A stretch of DNA of 64,000 nt from an uncultured Actinomycetes bacterium (GTDB taxonomy: Bacteria > Actinomycetota > Actinomycetes > Streptosporangiales > Streptosporangiaceae), in NCBI GenBank assembly GCA_963847965.1, contig CAWKCG010000043.1, positions 258,191-322,190 on the forward strand. The letters run 5' to 3'. The translations under genes and the position numbers were made by a program. Below, one piece after another: positions 1 to 10,073 of the stretch. Each line of letters begins with the position of its first letter. Position 1 is the stretch's first letter. The notes beneath the pieces are model-generated. The model was not told the origin of the DNA and did not search any database. It worked only from the letters and a program-made list of their open reading frames with translations.

Positions 1-1097
1 GCCACGATCGCGCCTCCCTGGAGAGCCGTGGCCAGCAGGTGCCCTTGGCGTGCCGTGTCCGTTTCGGCCGATACGTGGGGAAAGAGAACGGCGCCAACAG
101 CTGACAGCATGGGAACGACTGCTCCGCTCCAGGAGACCGCGACAACGTATAGACCAAGTATGCGAGCTGGGAGAAAAGCAATGATCAGCAGCTGATCAAA
201 TCGGAGATTGATGGTCTGCGGAAGCGACGTGAGCGCCGAGGGAATCCCGAAGCGTAGCAACGCTGGTGCTGATCGTACGGCTGGCTTCAAAGGCCCCTGC
301 AATTTTCGTTTCACGACAATGAAGACGGGAAGACCGCATGCAAGGACTCCTGCTAGGTACCATCGTGAAAGTGGGATTGCACTGGGGTGGCCTAGACACC
401 ACGAAACAATGAGGATGCACAGCCATGCAAGGCCGGGGGCTATGCGAAGGAGGTTCCATGCGGTGAAGGCCCGGGCCCCTCGCAATGCTCCGTGGGGAAT
501 ACCGACCACCGCGAAAATTCCGCCGATCAGAAGGAATGTGCGCGCTGCCGACACAACTTGCCGCGGCTGCGCCGATAGAAGGTATGGCAGTAGAAACCAC
601 GCCACAGCAGCAACTGCCAGAAATGAGAGGAGGCAGATGAGAGTAGCAGTAGAGGTGAGCTGTTTCCCCTTATCGGGTTGGCGTGCAATGAAATAAACTA
701 GCGCCGAGTCCAGACCGAGCATGGCCAGTGTTCCCAGGAGAAGAGGCCAGGTTTGGATAGCGGTCAGCGCACCTTCCCCCGAAGGCCCCAAAATGCGAGC
801 TGCTATGATTCCCGTTGCCACTGCAAGCACGGCCAAAGCTATGTTCATGGCAAACGTACTTTGCAGTGCCTGGTTTGAAGAATCCTCCTCTTTTGCCCCC
901 TGACGACAAGGCGCGTGTGCGGAGGGATAATTTGATCGTGTGTTACTAACTCTCCGGTCGATCCTTGGATCACCCACCTCGCGATCGAGACTGGCGCGAT
1001 CTGTCTTAATTGTTTCTGGACCGATATATTGTCCCGGTTCTACTGTATTCCCTGCGGGCTCCTTGCCGTTCGAGCCAGGCTGGGTCGTTGTCGTCAT
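1..1097 (-). CDS. wzx: Wzx/MOP-family polysaccharide flippase, partial (3' end beyond left window edge)
   Basis: Absent from the ORF track because it runs off the edge. My minus-strand translation from ATG 848 reads MNIALAVLAVATGIIAARILGPSGEGALTAIQTWPLLLGTLAMLGLDSALVYFIARQ... and continues through further hydrophobic helices (LRFGIPSALTSLPQTINLRFDQLLIIAFLP...). The frame is open upstream to TGA at 1257-1259. Candidate starts are ATG 1097, GTG 977 and ATG 848 (848 would cut into helix 1). Confidence 0.7.
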   Translation of the reverse strand, partial: MTTTTQPGSNGKEPAGNTVEPGQYIGPETIKTDRASLDREVGDPRIDRRVSNTRSNYPSAHAPCRQGAKEEDSSNQALQSTFAMNIALAVLAVATGIIAARILGPSGEGALTAIQTWPLLLGTLAMLGLDSALVYFIARQPDKGKQLTSTATLICLLSFLAVAAVAWFLLPYLLSAQPRQVVSAARTFLLIGGIFAVVGIPHGALRGARAFTAWNLLRIAPGLAWLCILIVSWCLGHPSAIPLSRWYLAGVLACGLPVFIVVKRKLQGPLKPAVRSAPALLRFGIPSALTSLPQTINLRFDQLLIIAFLPARILGLYVVAVSWSGAVVPMLSAVGAVLFPHVSAETDTARQGHLLATALQGGAIV

Positions 1098-1347
1098 GCG
1101 CACGTGATACGACTTCTGCCGCTTGGCTATGGCAGCGTGATTTGCTCCTCGGCAGAGGAAGCGAATATTGGTTATGCCTTGGCTTGCCTGGGCGTGCATC
1201 AGGCGGGGTTCCGGCCCTTTACCACGCTCTTCAGTCGTAGTACGTTGGCGCTGGCTTCATATGGGGTGTTATAGAAAGGCAAGAGAATGATCGCCTCAGC
1301 CCTGAAGCGGATTGCACCTCCCGTCTGTGCACTGGCGACGTCCATTA

Positions 1348-3528
1348 TCAACGTGGCAGCCACTCGCCCTCCTTTTTGTCGACAGGCCTTGCAAAAGTTG
1401 CAGCCTGAATTGTTGCCCGCATCGTCCCAAGCATGGCCTGGGTCGGAATGTCGACTCCTCCTGCTACCGCCTGACGGAACGCAGCGGCATACGCTTCGTG
1501 CCCCTTGTTCTGGCGGCCCTTCCAGATCGTCTTGCCATCGATTTCGGCAGACCGGAAGTCCCTGATTACCGCGCGGTGCGGACCCGTTTGGACCTCTATC
1601 CACTCTTTACCAGCCACTGGCTCAGCGCTGCCGTACGCGATGGCGGCCAGCGAACTGTCGGCGAACCGGAGCGAGACGACGGCATCGTCGCCATGTTGAA
1701 CTCCCGGTCCGCCGCCGGGCAGACCGGTCACATCCTCGATCGGTGCCCCGACGAGGGCCTGGGCTGTGTCCACGAAGTGGCATACCTCGCCGAGGAGTCG
1801 CCCTCCCAGGCGGCGGTCACGATACCAGTGCTTATCTGGCACCCGGCCTGCCGCGACCCGATACACCACGAGCTTCGGGGTGGTCACCTCGCTCAGCATC
1901 TTGCGGACGGCGAGGAGGGCGGGAGACCAGCGCCGGTTGAAACCGATTGCGAGCTGACGCCCGGATTCGCGCCACGCCTCCTCGACCTCATCGAGTTCGG
2001 CCAGGGTCATCGCGAGGGGCTTCTCGCACCAGACATGCCGCCCGGCAGCCAGTGCCCGCGCGGTCAGGTCCGCGTGGGTATCGTGCGGGGTGGCGATCAC
2101 GACTACCTCGACGCCTACGTCACCGATGACCGCGTCCGCGCCGGAGACCGCCTTCTCGAAGCCATGGCGCTCCGCTACCCGGCGGGCGGTCACCCCGCTG
2201 GCGGACGCCACTGCAACGAATCGATCGAAGCCCGCGGCCCGGAAGGCGGGCAACAGTGTTCCGGTGGAGAACGCCCCGGCCCCAACCCAGCCAATGCCGG
2301 GTGACGAGCTCGCAGCCGGGGGAGCCTTCAGCCGAACCCCGCCGTCCGGCCGGGCACCACCACTCACAACCTTGCCCGGGGATGCTGGGTAGACCAGCCG
2401 GATGGCCAGGTAGGGCTCGGTGCCCCGCTCCATCAGCCGGTAAGCGGCATCCGCTTCCGCAATGTCAAAGGTGTGAGTGACCAGGTCCGAGACCTGGAGC
2501 CTGCCACTGGCCAGCAGGTCGAGGACCGCCTCGAAGTTGCGGCCCTCAGTCCACCGCACCTGGCCGACGGGAAAGTCCACGCCCCAGGCCTCATAGCTCA
2601 GCTCGTACCGGCCGGGACCATAGGACCGGGCGAACCGCAGCGAGAGTTCGCGCTCATAGAACGGGGTGCGGTCCAGCTGAAGCCCGACATCCCCGACAAT
2701 AACAACGGCGGCCCGGTCCCGGCACAGCACGGGCACCCGCATCACCGCATCGGAGGACCGGCCTGCAGCGCACACCAGTACGGCGTCCGCCCCCCGGCCG
2801 CGGGACCAGCCGAGCACCTGGTCCGTGGTGGCGTCGCCGCACTCGTCCAGGGCCAGCACTCCCGAGGCGGCCGCAACCTTCCGGGACGGCCCGGCGGGAT
2901 CGATGCCAGTCACCTCGCAACCGGCCGCGATGGCTAGGCGTGCGGCCAGCTGGCCGATCAAGCCGAGGCCGAGCACCACCACCTTGGACCCGGGACCCGC
3001 ATCGGCGAGCCGCAAGCCGTGCAGCGCGATGGCGGCGATCGTAGTAAAGGCCGCGTCCTGGGCGGGCACGCCGTCGGGAACCTTGGCACAGAGCAGGCCA
3101 GGTACCGCCTGGAACTCGGCATGGTTAGCCTTGCCCGCGCCGCCCGTGGCCACGAGCTGGCCTGGCCACACCCCGGTGACGGCCGGGCCCGCCTCGATCA
3201 CAATGCCAGCCGCAGAGTAGCCCAGCGGTAGGTCGCTGGCGAGTCGGCCCTGCACTACCTGCCTGGTGGCGGCCAGCCCATCGGACCGCGCCTTGCGGAT
3301 CACCTGCCGGACCAGGTCCGGCCGAGCCCGCGCCTTCGCGAGCAGGCCCGCTTGAGCGAGTGCGGTGAGTGCGCGCTCGGTGCCGGCTGAGATCACCGAC
3401 GCGACCGTACGCACCAGGACCTCGGTCGCATCCGGCACCGGCGGCGGCACGTCCAGTACAACGACTGGCCCGCCCGAGACTGGCTGGACGATCTGTTTCA
3501 CACGGCTCTCCAGGTCGTAACGAGGCAT
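1348..3528 (-). CDS. bi-domain oxidoreductase: N-terminal MDR/zinc-type alcohol dehydrogenase fused to C-terminal Gfo/Idh/MocA oxidoreductase
   Basis: ORF 1348..3609. The N-half has a Rossmann motif (VVVLGLGLIGQLAA) in an MDR-like core. The C-half has IGWVGAGAFSTG and HVWCEKPLA, typical of Gfo/Idh/MocA. The probable start is ATG 3528 or GTG 3501 (MKQIVQP..., with GGAGAG upstream), not TTG 3609. Confidence 0.85.
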   Translation of the reverse strand: MPRYDLESRVKQIVQPVSGGPVVVLDVPPPVPDATEVLVRTVASVISAGTERALTALAQAGLLAKARARPDLVRQVIRKARSDGLAATRQVVQGRLASDLPLGYSAAGIVIEAGPAVTGVWPGQLVATGGAGKANHAEFQAVPGLLCAKVPDGVPAQDAAFTTIAAIALHGLRLADAGPGSKVVVLGLGLIGQLAARLAIAAGCEVTGIDPAGPSRKVAAASGVLALDECGDATTDQVLGWSRGRGADAVLVCAAGRSSDAVMRVPVLCRDRAAVVIVGDVGLQLDRTPFYERELSLRFARSYGPGRYELSYEAWGVDFPVGQVRWTEGRNFEAVLDLLASGRLQVSDLVTHTFDIAEADAAYRLMERGTEPYLAIRLVYPASPGKVVSGGARPDGGVRLKAPPAASSSPGIGWVGAGAFSTGTLLPAFRAAGFDRFVAVASASGVTARRVAERHGFEKAVSGADAVIGDVGVEVVVIATPHDTHADLTARALAAGRHVWCEKPLAMTLAELDEVEEAWRESGRQLAIGFNRRWSPALLAVRKMLSEVTTPKLVVYRVAAGRVPDKHWYRDRRLGGRLLGEVCHFVDTAQALVGAPIEDVTGLPGGGPGVQHGDDAVVSLRFADSSLAAIAYGSAEPVAGKEWIEVQTGPHRAVIRDFRSAEIDGKTIWKGRQNKGHEAYAAAFRQAVAGGVDIPTQAMLGTMRATIQAATFARPVDKKEGEWLPR

Positions 3529-5362
3529 TTGCGCTAGCTGCCGCCTTAGCGCTGACGGCAGTGTTCGTGCCGGGAGCGGCGTTAGTGCTCGATGTTGTCG
3601 TGATGCCAATGGCTGAACGGCTCCCGGCGGCCAGCTGGCGATCCGTAACCTTCCGCCAGCCGGTGCTGATCAGCTGCGGCAGGGTTGAATAGATGGTGCA
3701 GGTCAGCACCGGCGCCTCGACCGTGCGCTGGAATCCGATGGCGATCAGGCCGGACTCGGCGGCCAGCGTGATGGGGGCATTCGCCGTGACGCTGACCCGG
3801 AACCTGCCTCCGCCCGGCCAGGTGACCACGGCCCCACCGGAGACCAGCCGCAGCACCGATCCGGGCGCGAAGTGCCAGCGGACGACGCTCGTGTGCGATC
3901 CAGAGCCAAGGACCATGTCCTCGACCTGGAGCCCGGCCTCGCTCAGCGACCAGCGGCGGCGGTGCCACGGATGGCCGGGTAGCTTCCGGTATCCGTCATG
4001 CGCGGCCTCGACGCTCAGCACACCCTGGTCAGCCTGAGTGAAGACATTGCTCACCCGGGCCCGGCGGCCGGCCCGGAACGCCCCCCACACCTCGGTCGAG
4101 TTAGCGCCGTCCACCTCGACGGTGTTGTGCGCCGCGGTGGACCGCTCGTGACCGCGTGTCGGGCCGAGCGCATAGGTCGACGTGCCGGTGTCCACTAGCA
4201 GCGGTACGCCATCCACGTGAAGCAAGCAGCTCAACGTGTCGGCATGGGCGTGCGCCGGCAGCTCGTCCGGGCAGGGCGCTCCGACGTCGGCCAGCAGGTG
4301 CCAGCCGCCCACTGCCGCCCGTACCAACCCGCTGTCCGGCATGACCTGCAACGGCTCAGTACCGGACGGTTCTGCCCGCAGGGCGGCTAGCAGCCCAGCG
4401 CTGACCGGATAGCCGTCGTTAAGCAGCGGCACCTGCCCGTCCGGAGATAGCACGCAGCCCAGCCAGTAGCGCATTCGCTGGATCGCCGTTAGCAGCTCCG
4501 GCCCGGGCTGGCGCTCGGTGGCCCGCAGCAAGCCCGAGATGTCGATCAGATCCGCGAGCACCTGACAGTGATAGGCGGGCGCCCGCTCGTAATGTCCTCC
4601 GTCGTCGAGCACCTGCACCGCGAGCTGCCGGACCAGCCGGTCCAGTGCCCAATCGAGCAACCGCTCGTCGGCGAAGAATACAGCCAACCCGGCTAGCGCC
4701 TTGAGGTCCTTGATCAGGTGGTTGCCGCCAACGTCGACTTCCAGGTTTCGGCGCAGGAAGCCGACATGGGTGGCGAGGCTGGCGAGAAAGGGGCCTTCGA
4801 TCTTGCTGTCCGCCACGAGCGGCCGGTACAGCCCGCAGAACGACCAGGCGCGCAGGGCCGATGGATACGGCAGCCATGCATCACCCCGGCCGACCGTTAC
4901 GGACTCCTGCCACGACCGCCACAGCACCGCGAACAAGTCCTGGGCCGCCGACCGGCCCGGCTCGCCGGTCAGCGTCCAGGCCCAGTCCCAGTAGTGCAGG
5001 TGGAACCGCCACAGCCGCGGCGCGCTGACCTGAGCCCAGTCGGCCTGCCAGTAGCCGTCGTCCCCGTACTGGTGCCGAGGCGGAAGGCCCAGGACCTTAG
5101 AAATTCCGAGCAGCGTGATGCGGCCGGACCGGAGCCCACCTAGTTCGGGCCGACGCCGCCAGACCCGTCCGTCTATTGGGCGGAACCGGGCAGGCCAGCC
5201 GACTGCGGATGCCGGGTCAGTGCCGGCCAGCAGCCAGCGGCCCGCCAGCCGGGAATGCCGCAGCAACGACCGCTGCGCGCGGAGCCTGGCCCGCTGTGTG
5301 ACCTGGCCAGGCTGCAGTAGGGCCGCGGTTCTAACGAGTGCCCTCAGCTCACCGACGGTCAT
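3125..5362 (-). CDS. heparinase II/III-family (alginate-lyase-like) protein; 3' end anomalous
   Basis: 745-aa ORF. The N-terminus is MTVGELRALVRTAALLQPGQ. Family-like blocks include YPSALRAWSF, GGNHLIKDLKAL, DGGHYERAPAYH, HAHADTLS and STAAHNTVEVDG. ATGA start/stop overlap with the upstream epimerase gene at 5359-5362. The last ~170 aa are Arg/Gly/Pro-rich and overlap the next gene. Confidence 0.75.
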   Translation of the reverse strand: MTVGELRALVRTAALLQPGQVTQRARLRAQRSLLRHSRLAGRWLLAGTDPASAVGWPARFRPIDGRVWRRRPELGGLRSGRITLLGISKVLGLPPRHQYGDDGYWQADWAQVSAPRLWRFHLHYWDWAWTLTGEPGRSAAQDLFAVLWRSWQESVTVGRGDAWLPYPSALRAWSFCGLYRPLVADSKIEGPFLASLATHVGFLRRNLEVDVGGNHLIKDLKALAGLAVFFADERLLDWALDRLVRQLAVQVLDDGGHYERAPAYHCQVLADLIDISGLLRATERQPGPELLTAIQRMRYWLGCVLSPDGQVPLLNDGYPVSAGLLAALRAEPSGTEPLQVMPDSGLVRAAVGGWHLLADVGAPCPDELPAHAHADTLSCLLHVDGVPLLVDTGTSTYALGPTRGHERSTAAHNTVEVDGANSTEVWGAFRAGRRARVSNVFTQADQGVLSVEAAHDGYRKLPGHPWHRRRWSLSEAGLQVEDMVLGSGSHTSVVRWHFAPGSVLRLVSGGAVVTWPGGGRFRVSVTANAPITLAAESGLIAIGFQRTVEAPVLTCTIYSTLPQLISTGWRKVTDRQLAAGSRSAIGITTTSSTNAAPGTNTAVSAKAAASANASLRPGEPCETDRPASLGRASRCTGRAAAGAGCDRGPGAYGRVGDLSRHRARTHRTRSSGPAREGAGSAGPGPAGDPQGAVRWAGRHQAGSAGPTRQRPTAGLLCGWHCDRGGPGRHRGVARPARGHGRRGQG

Positions 5363-6237
5363 CGGGCAAGCCCTAGGGCATGGGCCTCGGCGAGAATGCC
5401 GTCGGCGAACGGGCGGGGGGCGTAGCCAAGGTCGCGGACGGCATCATCGATGGCAAACGCCTTGTCCTCGGCCAGCCGTTGCAACTGCTCCGCGCTGATC
5501 GGGAAGCGACGGCCGAGCCGTTCGTAGCAGCGTGCGGCTGTCACGGCCGCGACAAGCGGCACCGGCACGAACCGGGCGCGGCTGTTCACCGCGTGGGCGG
5601 AAATCTGCAACAGGTCGGCGAACATCAACGGCATCGGGCCAGCCACGTCGTAAATGGTGCCTGCTGCGGCGGGCCGCTCCAGGGCGGCCAGCACCGCCCC
5701 GGCCAGGTCCGCCACGTGGACCGGCTGCTGGAGATGCTGCCCCCCGCCGGGTACCGGCACCACTAGGACGCGGTGGAGCACGGTGAGCAGTCGGGACAGA
5801 TTGCGGTCCTCGGGCGCGCCGTAGATCATGGTGGGCCGCAGGATTGTCCACTTCATCCCGGACTGCAGGATCAGCTGCTCGGCGTCCAGCCTGACTTGCT
5901 TCGTACGCGCCGACAGGCTCGTCGTTACGGCGGTCGTCGAGATAAAGACGCCGCGGCTAATGCCTGCCACGCGGGCCGCCTCCACAATCGCGGGGGCATG
6001 GCCGAAGCCGAGCGAGGCAAGATTGACTAGGGCGTCGCAACACGCCGCCGCGAATACCTCACCGAGCCCCACCGACTCGCCGAGATCACCGCGGGCAGGC
6101 TCCGCGCCGCGGTCGGCCACGATGCGGGCCGCCGCGTCGCTGCGTGCCAGGGCGACGCAGTGGTATCCGCGCCGGGTGGCCTCGGCCAGCACGTATCCGC
6201 CAAGGAAGCCGCTGCCTCCCGTGACCAGCACTCTCAT
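5359..6237 (-). CDS. NAD-dependent epimerase/dehydratase family (SDR-type) protein
   Basis: MRVLVTGGSGFLGGYV Rossmann N-terminus; 292 aa; sits in a sugar-modification context. Confidence 0.85.
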   Translation of the reverse strand: MRVLVTGGSGFLGGYVLAEATRRGYHCVALARSDAAARIVADRGAEPARGDLGESVGLGEVFAAACCDALVNLASLGFGHAPAIVEAARVAGISRGVFISTTAVTTSLSARTKQVRLDAEQLILQSGMKWTILRPTMIYGAPEDRNLSRLLTVLHRVLVVPVPGGGQHLQQPVHVADLAGAVLAALERPAAAGTIYDVAGPMPLMFADLLQISAHAVNSRARFVPVPLVAAVTAARCYERLGRRFPISAEQLQRLAEDKAFAIDDAVRDLGYAPRPFADGILAEAHALGLAR

Positions 6238-6295
6238 CGCGGCCTTCCATCCGCCACTTCTACAGACGCATCGGTCGCCTTGGCGGTGCCGTGCA

Positions 6296-7045
6296 TCATC
6301 TTTCCGTCGGGTTCACATGATCTGCGCCCTTGTGGGCCACGAACGTCAGGTTCTGGGTGACAATGTGGCCGCGCAGCATTCCTGTCTCGGCGGCTAGGGC
6401 GATCCGGTAGCAGGCGCTTACCACCTGCCAGGTCATGACGCGCGCCGCACTGACCAGCCCGTGCGCGACCGGTGGGGAAGAGCGTGCGAGGACTGAGTTG
6501 AAGCCGGCCGCGAGGGCGAGCTGACGGATGCTGCGCGCGGTGAACGACGTCTGATGCGTGAAGTCCCCGTCGCGGATATGCCCCCCGAGCGGGCTGACGG
6601 CGTTTGGGACCCGGCCCACGAAGACGCCGCCGGGCGCCAACGCCGCAGCCACGTCATCGAACGTCCGGAGAACCTCGGGCTTAGTGAAGTGCTCCAGCAG
6701 GTCGGTGGCCGTAACCGCGGCATAGTGACCAGGTTGCGCGGCGAGGACGGCCCGGAAGTCCCCCTGGCAGACCCGAGCCACGCCTGCCGCTCGGGCGAGT
6801 GCCGTCTGTTCAGGACTGATGTCAACGCCCTCTGCGTCAAAGCCGTCCGCCTCTAGTAGCCGGACCAACTCGCCGCGCCCGCAGCCGATGTCCACAACGG
6901 GGCCGGCTGCGGGCGGCGGCAGTAGGGGCCGAAGATCGCGGCGGTACACGAGAGCAGCCGCGTTGTCTCCACCGCGACCCGCATGCTGTGAGGCGTAGGC
7001 CTCGTAAAGCCGACTGCGCAGGTCGGTCAGGCTAGCGTCGATCAC
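6296..7045 (-). CDS. class I SAM-dependent methyltransferase
   Basis: Motif I VVDIGCGRGELV; acidic motif II (GVDISPEQ); 249 aa. Confidence 0.85.
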   Translation of the reverse strand: MIDASLTDLRSRLYEAYASQHAGRGGDNAAALVYRRDLRPLLPPPAAGPVVDIGCGRGELVRLLEADGFDAEGVDISPEQTALARAAGVARVCQGDFRAVLAAQPGHYAAVTATDLLEHFTKPEVLRTFDDVAAALAPGGVFVGRVPNAVSPLGGHIRDGDFTHQTSFTARSIRQLALAAGFNSVLARSSPPVAHGLVSAARVMTWQVVSACYRIALAAETGMLRGHIVTQNLTFVAHKGADHVNPTER

Positions 7046-7541
7046 ATTAGGATACTAGTCAAATACTCTCTGTAAGAAAAATCCTAATGCACGCACTCAG
7101 TCATTGATCATCCGCGGGTCTGTCGACCGTTCAGTTCCCGCACGAGCAACTCACCGGGCAGATTCGCTGATGGCTACCGTATTTCGGTGGTGCGTCGGCC
7201 ACCGCACTCGCTCATCGGGTGGGTAGCCACCGTCTCATGACCCCTTGCCCTAATTGTGTACATGTCGAAATAATCAGCATATCGCGCAAATGTACCTATG
7301 TAAGCTGATCTCTCGTAGATTTACCGATATTTCGTATATTTCTTTGCGGCGCAGCTGGTTACGAGTTATGATTATTGAATGTCCCCCGTCCGCGAAGGCA
7401 AGGCAGGCACTTGGTACGCTGACAGTGCGGTTAGTCGAGGTAAAGGCTAACGTCGTCTGCAGGTACTATCAGTGAATAGGCCCGTCTTCTAACTCGTCGG
7501 CGCCGGTTCAGAACCAAGCATCGCACTGGGGGAATTGCCCG

Positions 7542-8555
7542 ATGATAATAGGGGTTATCGGCTCGACGGGCCCAGATGATTTTGCTGACAACATCGCCGA
7601 TTCACTTCGCAGAATGGGCCACGTTGTGGCGCAGCTGGGGCCCGCTCAAGGCCAACATCGGGGAAGATTCACCAATAGAGCCGTCACTCTGACGAGGCAG
7701 GCTTTCCCCGCTCTCGATGAACAAATTCAACGTCGGATTGTACAGGCCGCTAAGCGCGCGGGCTGTGAAGTTGTTATCAATATCGATGCGCGCCTGACGC
7801 CAGACGCTGTAACTCGGCTCAGAAGCATTGGCGCTCGCGTGGTGCTCTGGTTTCCCGATCATGTGGCGAACATGGGGCGTCAGCTAATGTTGCTTTCGCC
7901 ATATGATGCCTTCTTTTTTAAGGAACCACATCTTGTCGAGCGCCTGCGGGCCAACCTAGGCATTCCTGTCTACTACATGCCCGAGGCATGCAATCCGAGA
8001 TGGCATCGACCGCTCGGTCCGGCAGGCATCGAACCGTATCTGGTCGTCGCGGGCAATATATATCCAAATCGAGTGCGCCTCTTGGATCGTTTGATCGCCA
8101 AAGGGATCCCGCTCAAGGTATACGGTCCTGGCATCCCGCGATGGATAAGAGACACCGCTTCCCGAGAATTTCATACCGGGCACTATATCGCTCGCGAGGA
8201 GAAATCAAAGATCTTTCGCTCTGCAGTCGGTGTCCTCAATACTATGTATCCAGCGGAGATTATGGGAGTCAACGCGCGCCTATTCGAGGCTGCCGGCTCT
8301 GGCGCTGCTGTGCTCACGGAGTTCCGTCCTGCCCTGCCCCACTTGTTCGAAGTTGGCAAAGAGGTTCTAGCGTTCGAGGATTTCGATGAATTGCTCTACC
8401 ATGCAATGCGTCTGCTAGAGGATGCTGATCTATCCGGGCGGATAGGAGATGCCGCAGCCTTGCGGGCCCATCGAGACCATACTTACGATCTCCGCCTCGC
8501 CGACATCTTGGAGAAAGTCTCGTTACGCTACGGATATGGTCCGGGGCGCGCATAG
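7542..8555 (+). CDS. CgeB-like glycosyltransferase (Glyco_trans_1_2 type C-terminal domain)
   Basis: 337 aa. The C-terminal block (GVNARLFEAAGSGAAVLTE...AFEDFDEL) resembles CgeB/DUF3880-type GTs. GGGGGAA sits 7-13 nt upstream of the ATG. The gene follows an AT-rich 0.5-kb intergenic region. Confidence 0.65.
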   Translation: MIIGVIGSTGPDDFADNIADSLRRMGHVVAQLGPAQGQHRGRFTNRAVTLTRQAFPALDEQIQRRIVQAAKRAGCEVVINIDARLTPDAVTRLRSIGARVVLWFPDHVANMGRQLMLLSPYDAFFFKEPHLVERLRANLGIPVYYMPEACNPRWHRPLGPAGIEPYLVVAGNIYPNRVRLLDRLIAKGIPLKVYGPGIPRWIRDTASREFHTGHYIAREEKSKIFRSAVGVLNTMYPAEIMGVNARLFEAAGSGAAVLTEFRPALPHLFEVGKEVLAFEDFDELLYHAMRLLEDADLSGRIGDAAALRAHRDHTYDLRLADILEKVSLRYGYGPGRA

Positions 8556-8583
8556 GAGCGTTCATGCGCTCGAACAAAACGTC

Positions 8584-8611
8584 CGCCTCTGGATCGAGAA
8601 CTCCAGAGGCG
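8584..8611. terminator. perfect 10-bp stem hairpin between convergent genes (candidate bidirectional terminator)
   Basis: CGCCTCTGGA-tcgagaac-TCCAGAGGCG read directly from the sequence; there is no U-tract. Confidence 0.4.
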
Positions 8612-8708
8612 AGGCAGATCCCTACCTCCACTGAGCAGCCGCTCACAGAGTTGCGGCCCGGGGAAGCCGACGCCGCCAGTGACGATGCCGCGCCTGATAG
8701 GGAAGCGG

Positions 8709-10046
8709 TCACCCGCCGAACCCAACAATAGTTAGTCCCGCATCTGCCGCCACGTCCTCAGCGATGACGCCGCGACCGTCGAGGATTAGGCGGCCCCTCA
8801 TATTCTCGCGGAGCTTGCGCAGGTCGAGCGCGGCAAAATGCGGCCACTCAGTAGCGATGACGACAGCGTTGGCTCGGTCGGCGGCGTCATATTCATCTGC
8901 CCCGATCCGCACCGGGACGTCGTGGAGCTCAGGGACCTCCTTGACGATCGGGTCATAGGCGCTAACTACCGCACCCGCCTTGTGCAGTCGACGGATAATC
9001 TCGATCGAGGGTGCGTCCCGAAGGTCGTCGGTATCCGGCTTGAAAGCGAGGCCGAACACCGCGATACGCCGGCCCTTCAGCGTCTTCAGCGCCGCCTGCA
9101 GCTTGCGCAGTACCAAGACCCGCTGGGCCTGGTTGACCTCGACGACCGCGCGAAGGATGGGCGTCCCATAACCGTAGTCGAGCCCGGTGGCGATGAGTGC
9201 GGCAACGTCCTTGCCGAAGCACGACCCGCCCCAGCCGATACCGTGCCTCAGAAACCGTGGCCCGATCCGGGAATCGGCGCCGATGGCCATAAGGACCTGC
9301 CGAGGATCCGCACCCACAAGCTCACAGATGTTGGCGATCTCGTTCGCGAACGAAATCTTGGTGGCGAGGAAAGCGTTGGCGGCGTACTTCACCATCTCCG
9401 CTGACGGCAGGTCGGTGCGGATCAACTGCGGCTGGTAGTCCGGTCGGCCGCCCTCAAAGTCCTGGCTGAGCAACCGGTGGTAGAGGTCCGCAACCACCTG
9501 CATACCCTTGTCCCTCCTGTCGCCGCCCAGGACGATCCGGTCCGGGTACAGGAAGTCCTCGACCGCTGCGCCCTCGCGCAGGAACTCTGGGTTCGACACA
9601 ACGTGGAACTCGACGCTGTCGGCATCGGGCAATGTCTCCTCGATCAAGGTATGGACCCAGTTACTGGACCCGACAGGTACCGTCGATTTGTTCACGACCA
9701 CGGCGCCCGACTTCAGGTGCGGCGCGATCGACCTCACGGCCGCCTCAACCTGGGACATGTCGGGAACCCCGCTGTTGCCAGTAGGTGTGCCGACGCACAG
9801 AAAGATCACGTCGGCGTTTCCGACAGCTGCCGCCGGGTCAGTGGTAAACGATAGCCGACCGGACTCTAGCGCCTGCTCTAGCCGCTCGGGCATACCCGGC
9901 TCATGAAACGGCACCTGCCCAGCTGCGAGTTGTTCAGCCCGGGTCCGATCGACATCAAGACCTACCACGTCATGGTCCAGCAATGCGAGACAGATTGCAG
10001 TAACCGTGCCGACGTAACCGGTGCCCACCACCGTCACGCGTACCAT
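8709..10046 (-). CDS. ugd: UDP-glucose 6-dehydrogenase
   Basis: N-terminal VTVVGTGYVGTVTA; catalytic GGSCFGKD; C-terminal FKPDTDDLRDAP; 445 aa. GAAAGGTAGG lies upstream of the ATG. Confidence 0.9.
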   Translation of the reverse strand: MVRVTVVGTGYVGTVTAICLALLDHDVVGLDVDRTRAEQLAAGQVPFHEPGMPERLEQALESGRLSFTTDPAAAVGNADVIFLCVGTPTGNSGVPDMSQVEAAVRSIAPHLKSGAVVVNKSTVPVGSSNWVHTLIEETLPDADSVEFHVVSNPEFLREGAAVEDFLYPDRIVLGGDRRDKGMQVVADLYHRLLSQDFEGGRPDYQPQLIRTDLPSAEMVKYAANAFLATKISFANEIANICELVGADPRQVLMAIGADSRIGPRFLRHGIGWGGSCFGKDVAALIATGLDYGYGTPILRAVVEVNQAQRVLVLRKLQAALKTLKGRRIAVFGLAFKPDTDDLRDAPSIEIIRRLHKAGAVVSAYDPIVKEVPELHDVPVRIGADEYDAADRANAVVIATEWPHFAALDLRKLRENMRGRLILDGRGVIAEDVAADAGLTIVGFGG

Positions 10047-10073
10047 GCCCGCCTACCTTTCGACTGCCTTAGG

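Noticed and set aside
7254-7475. 73-aa ORF in the AT-rich intergenic region
   Set aside because: It has no SD, atypical codon usage and an odd composition. The region is better explained as divergent promoter DNA.
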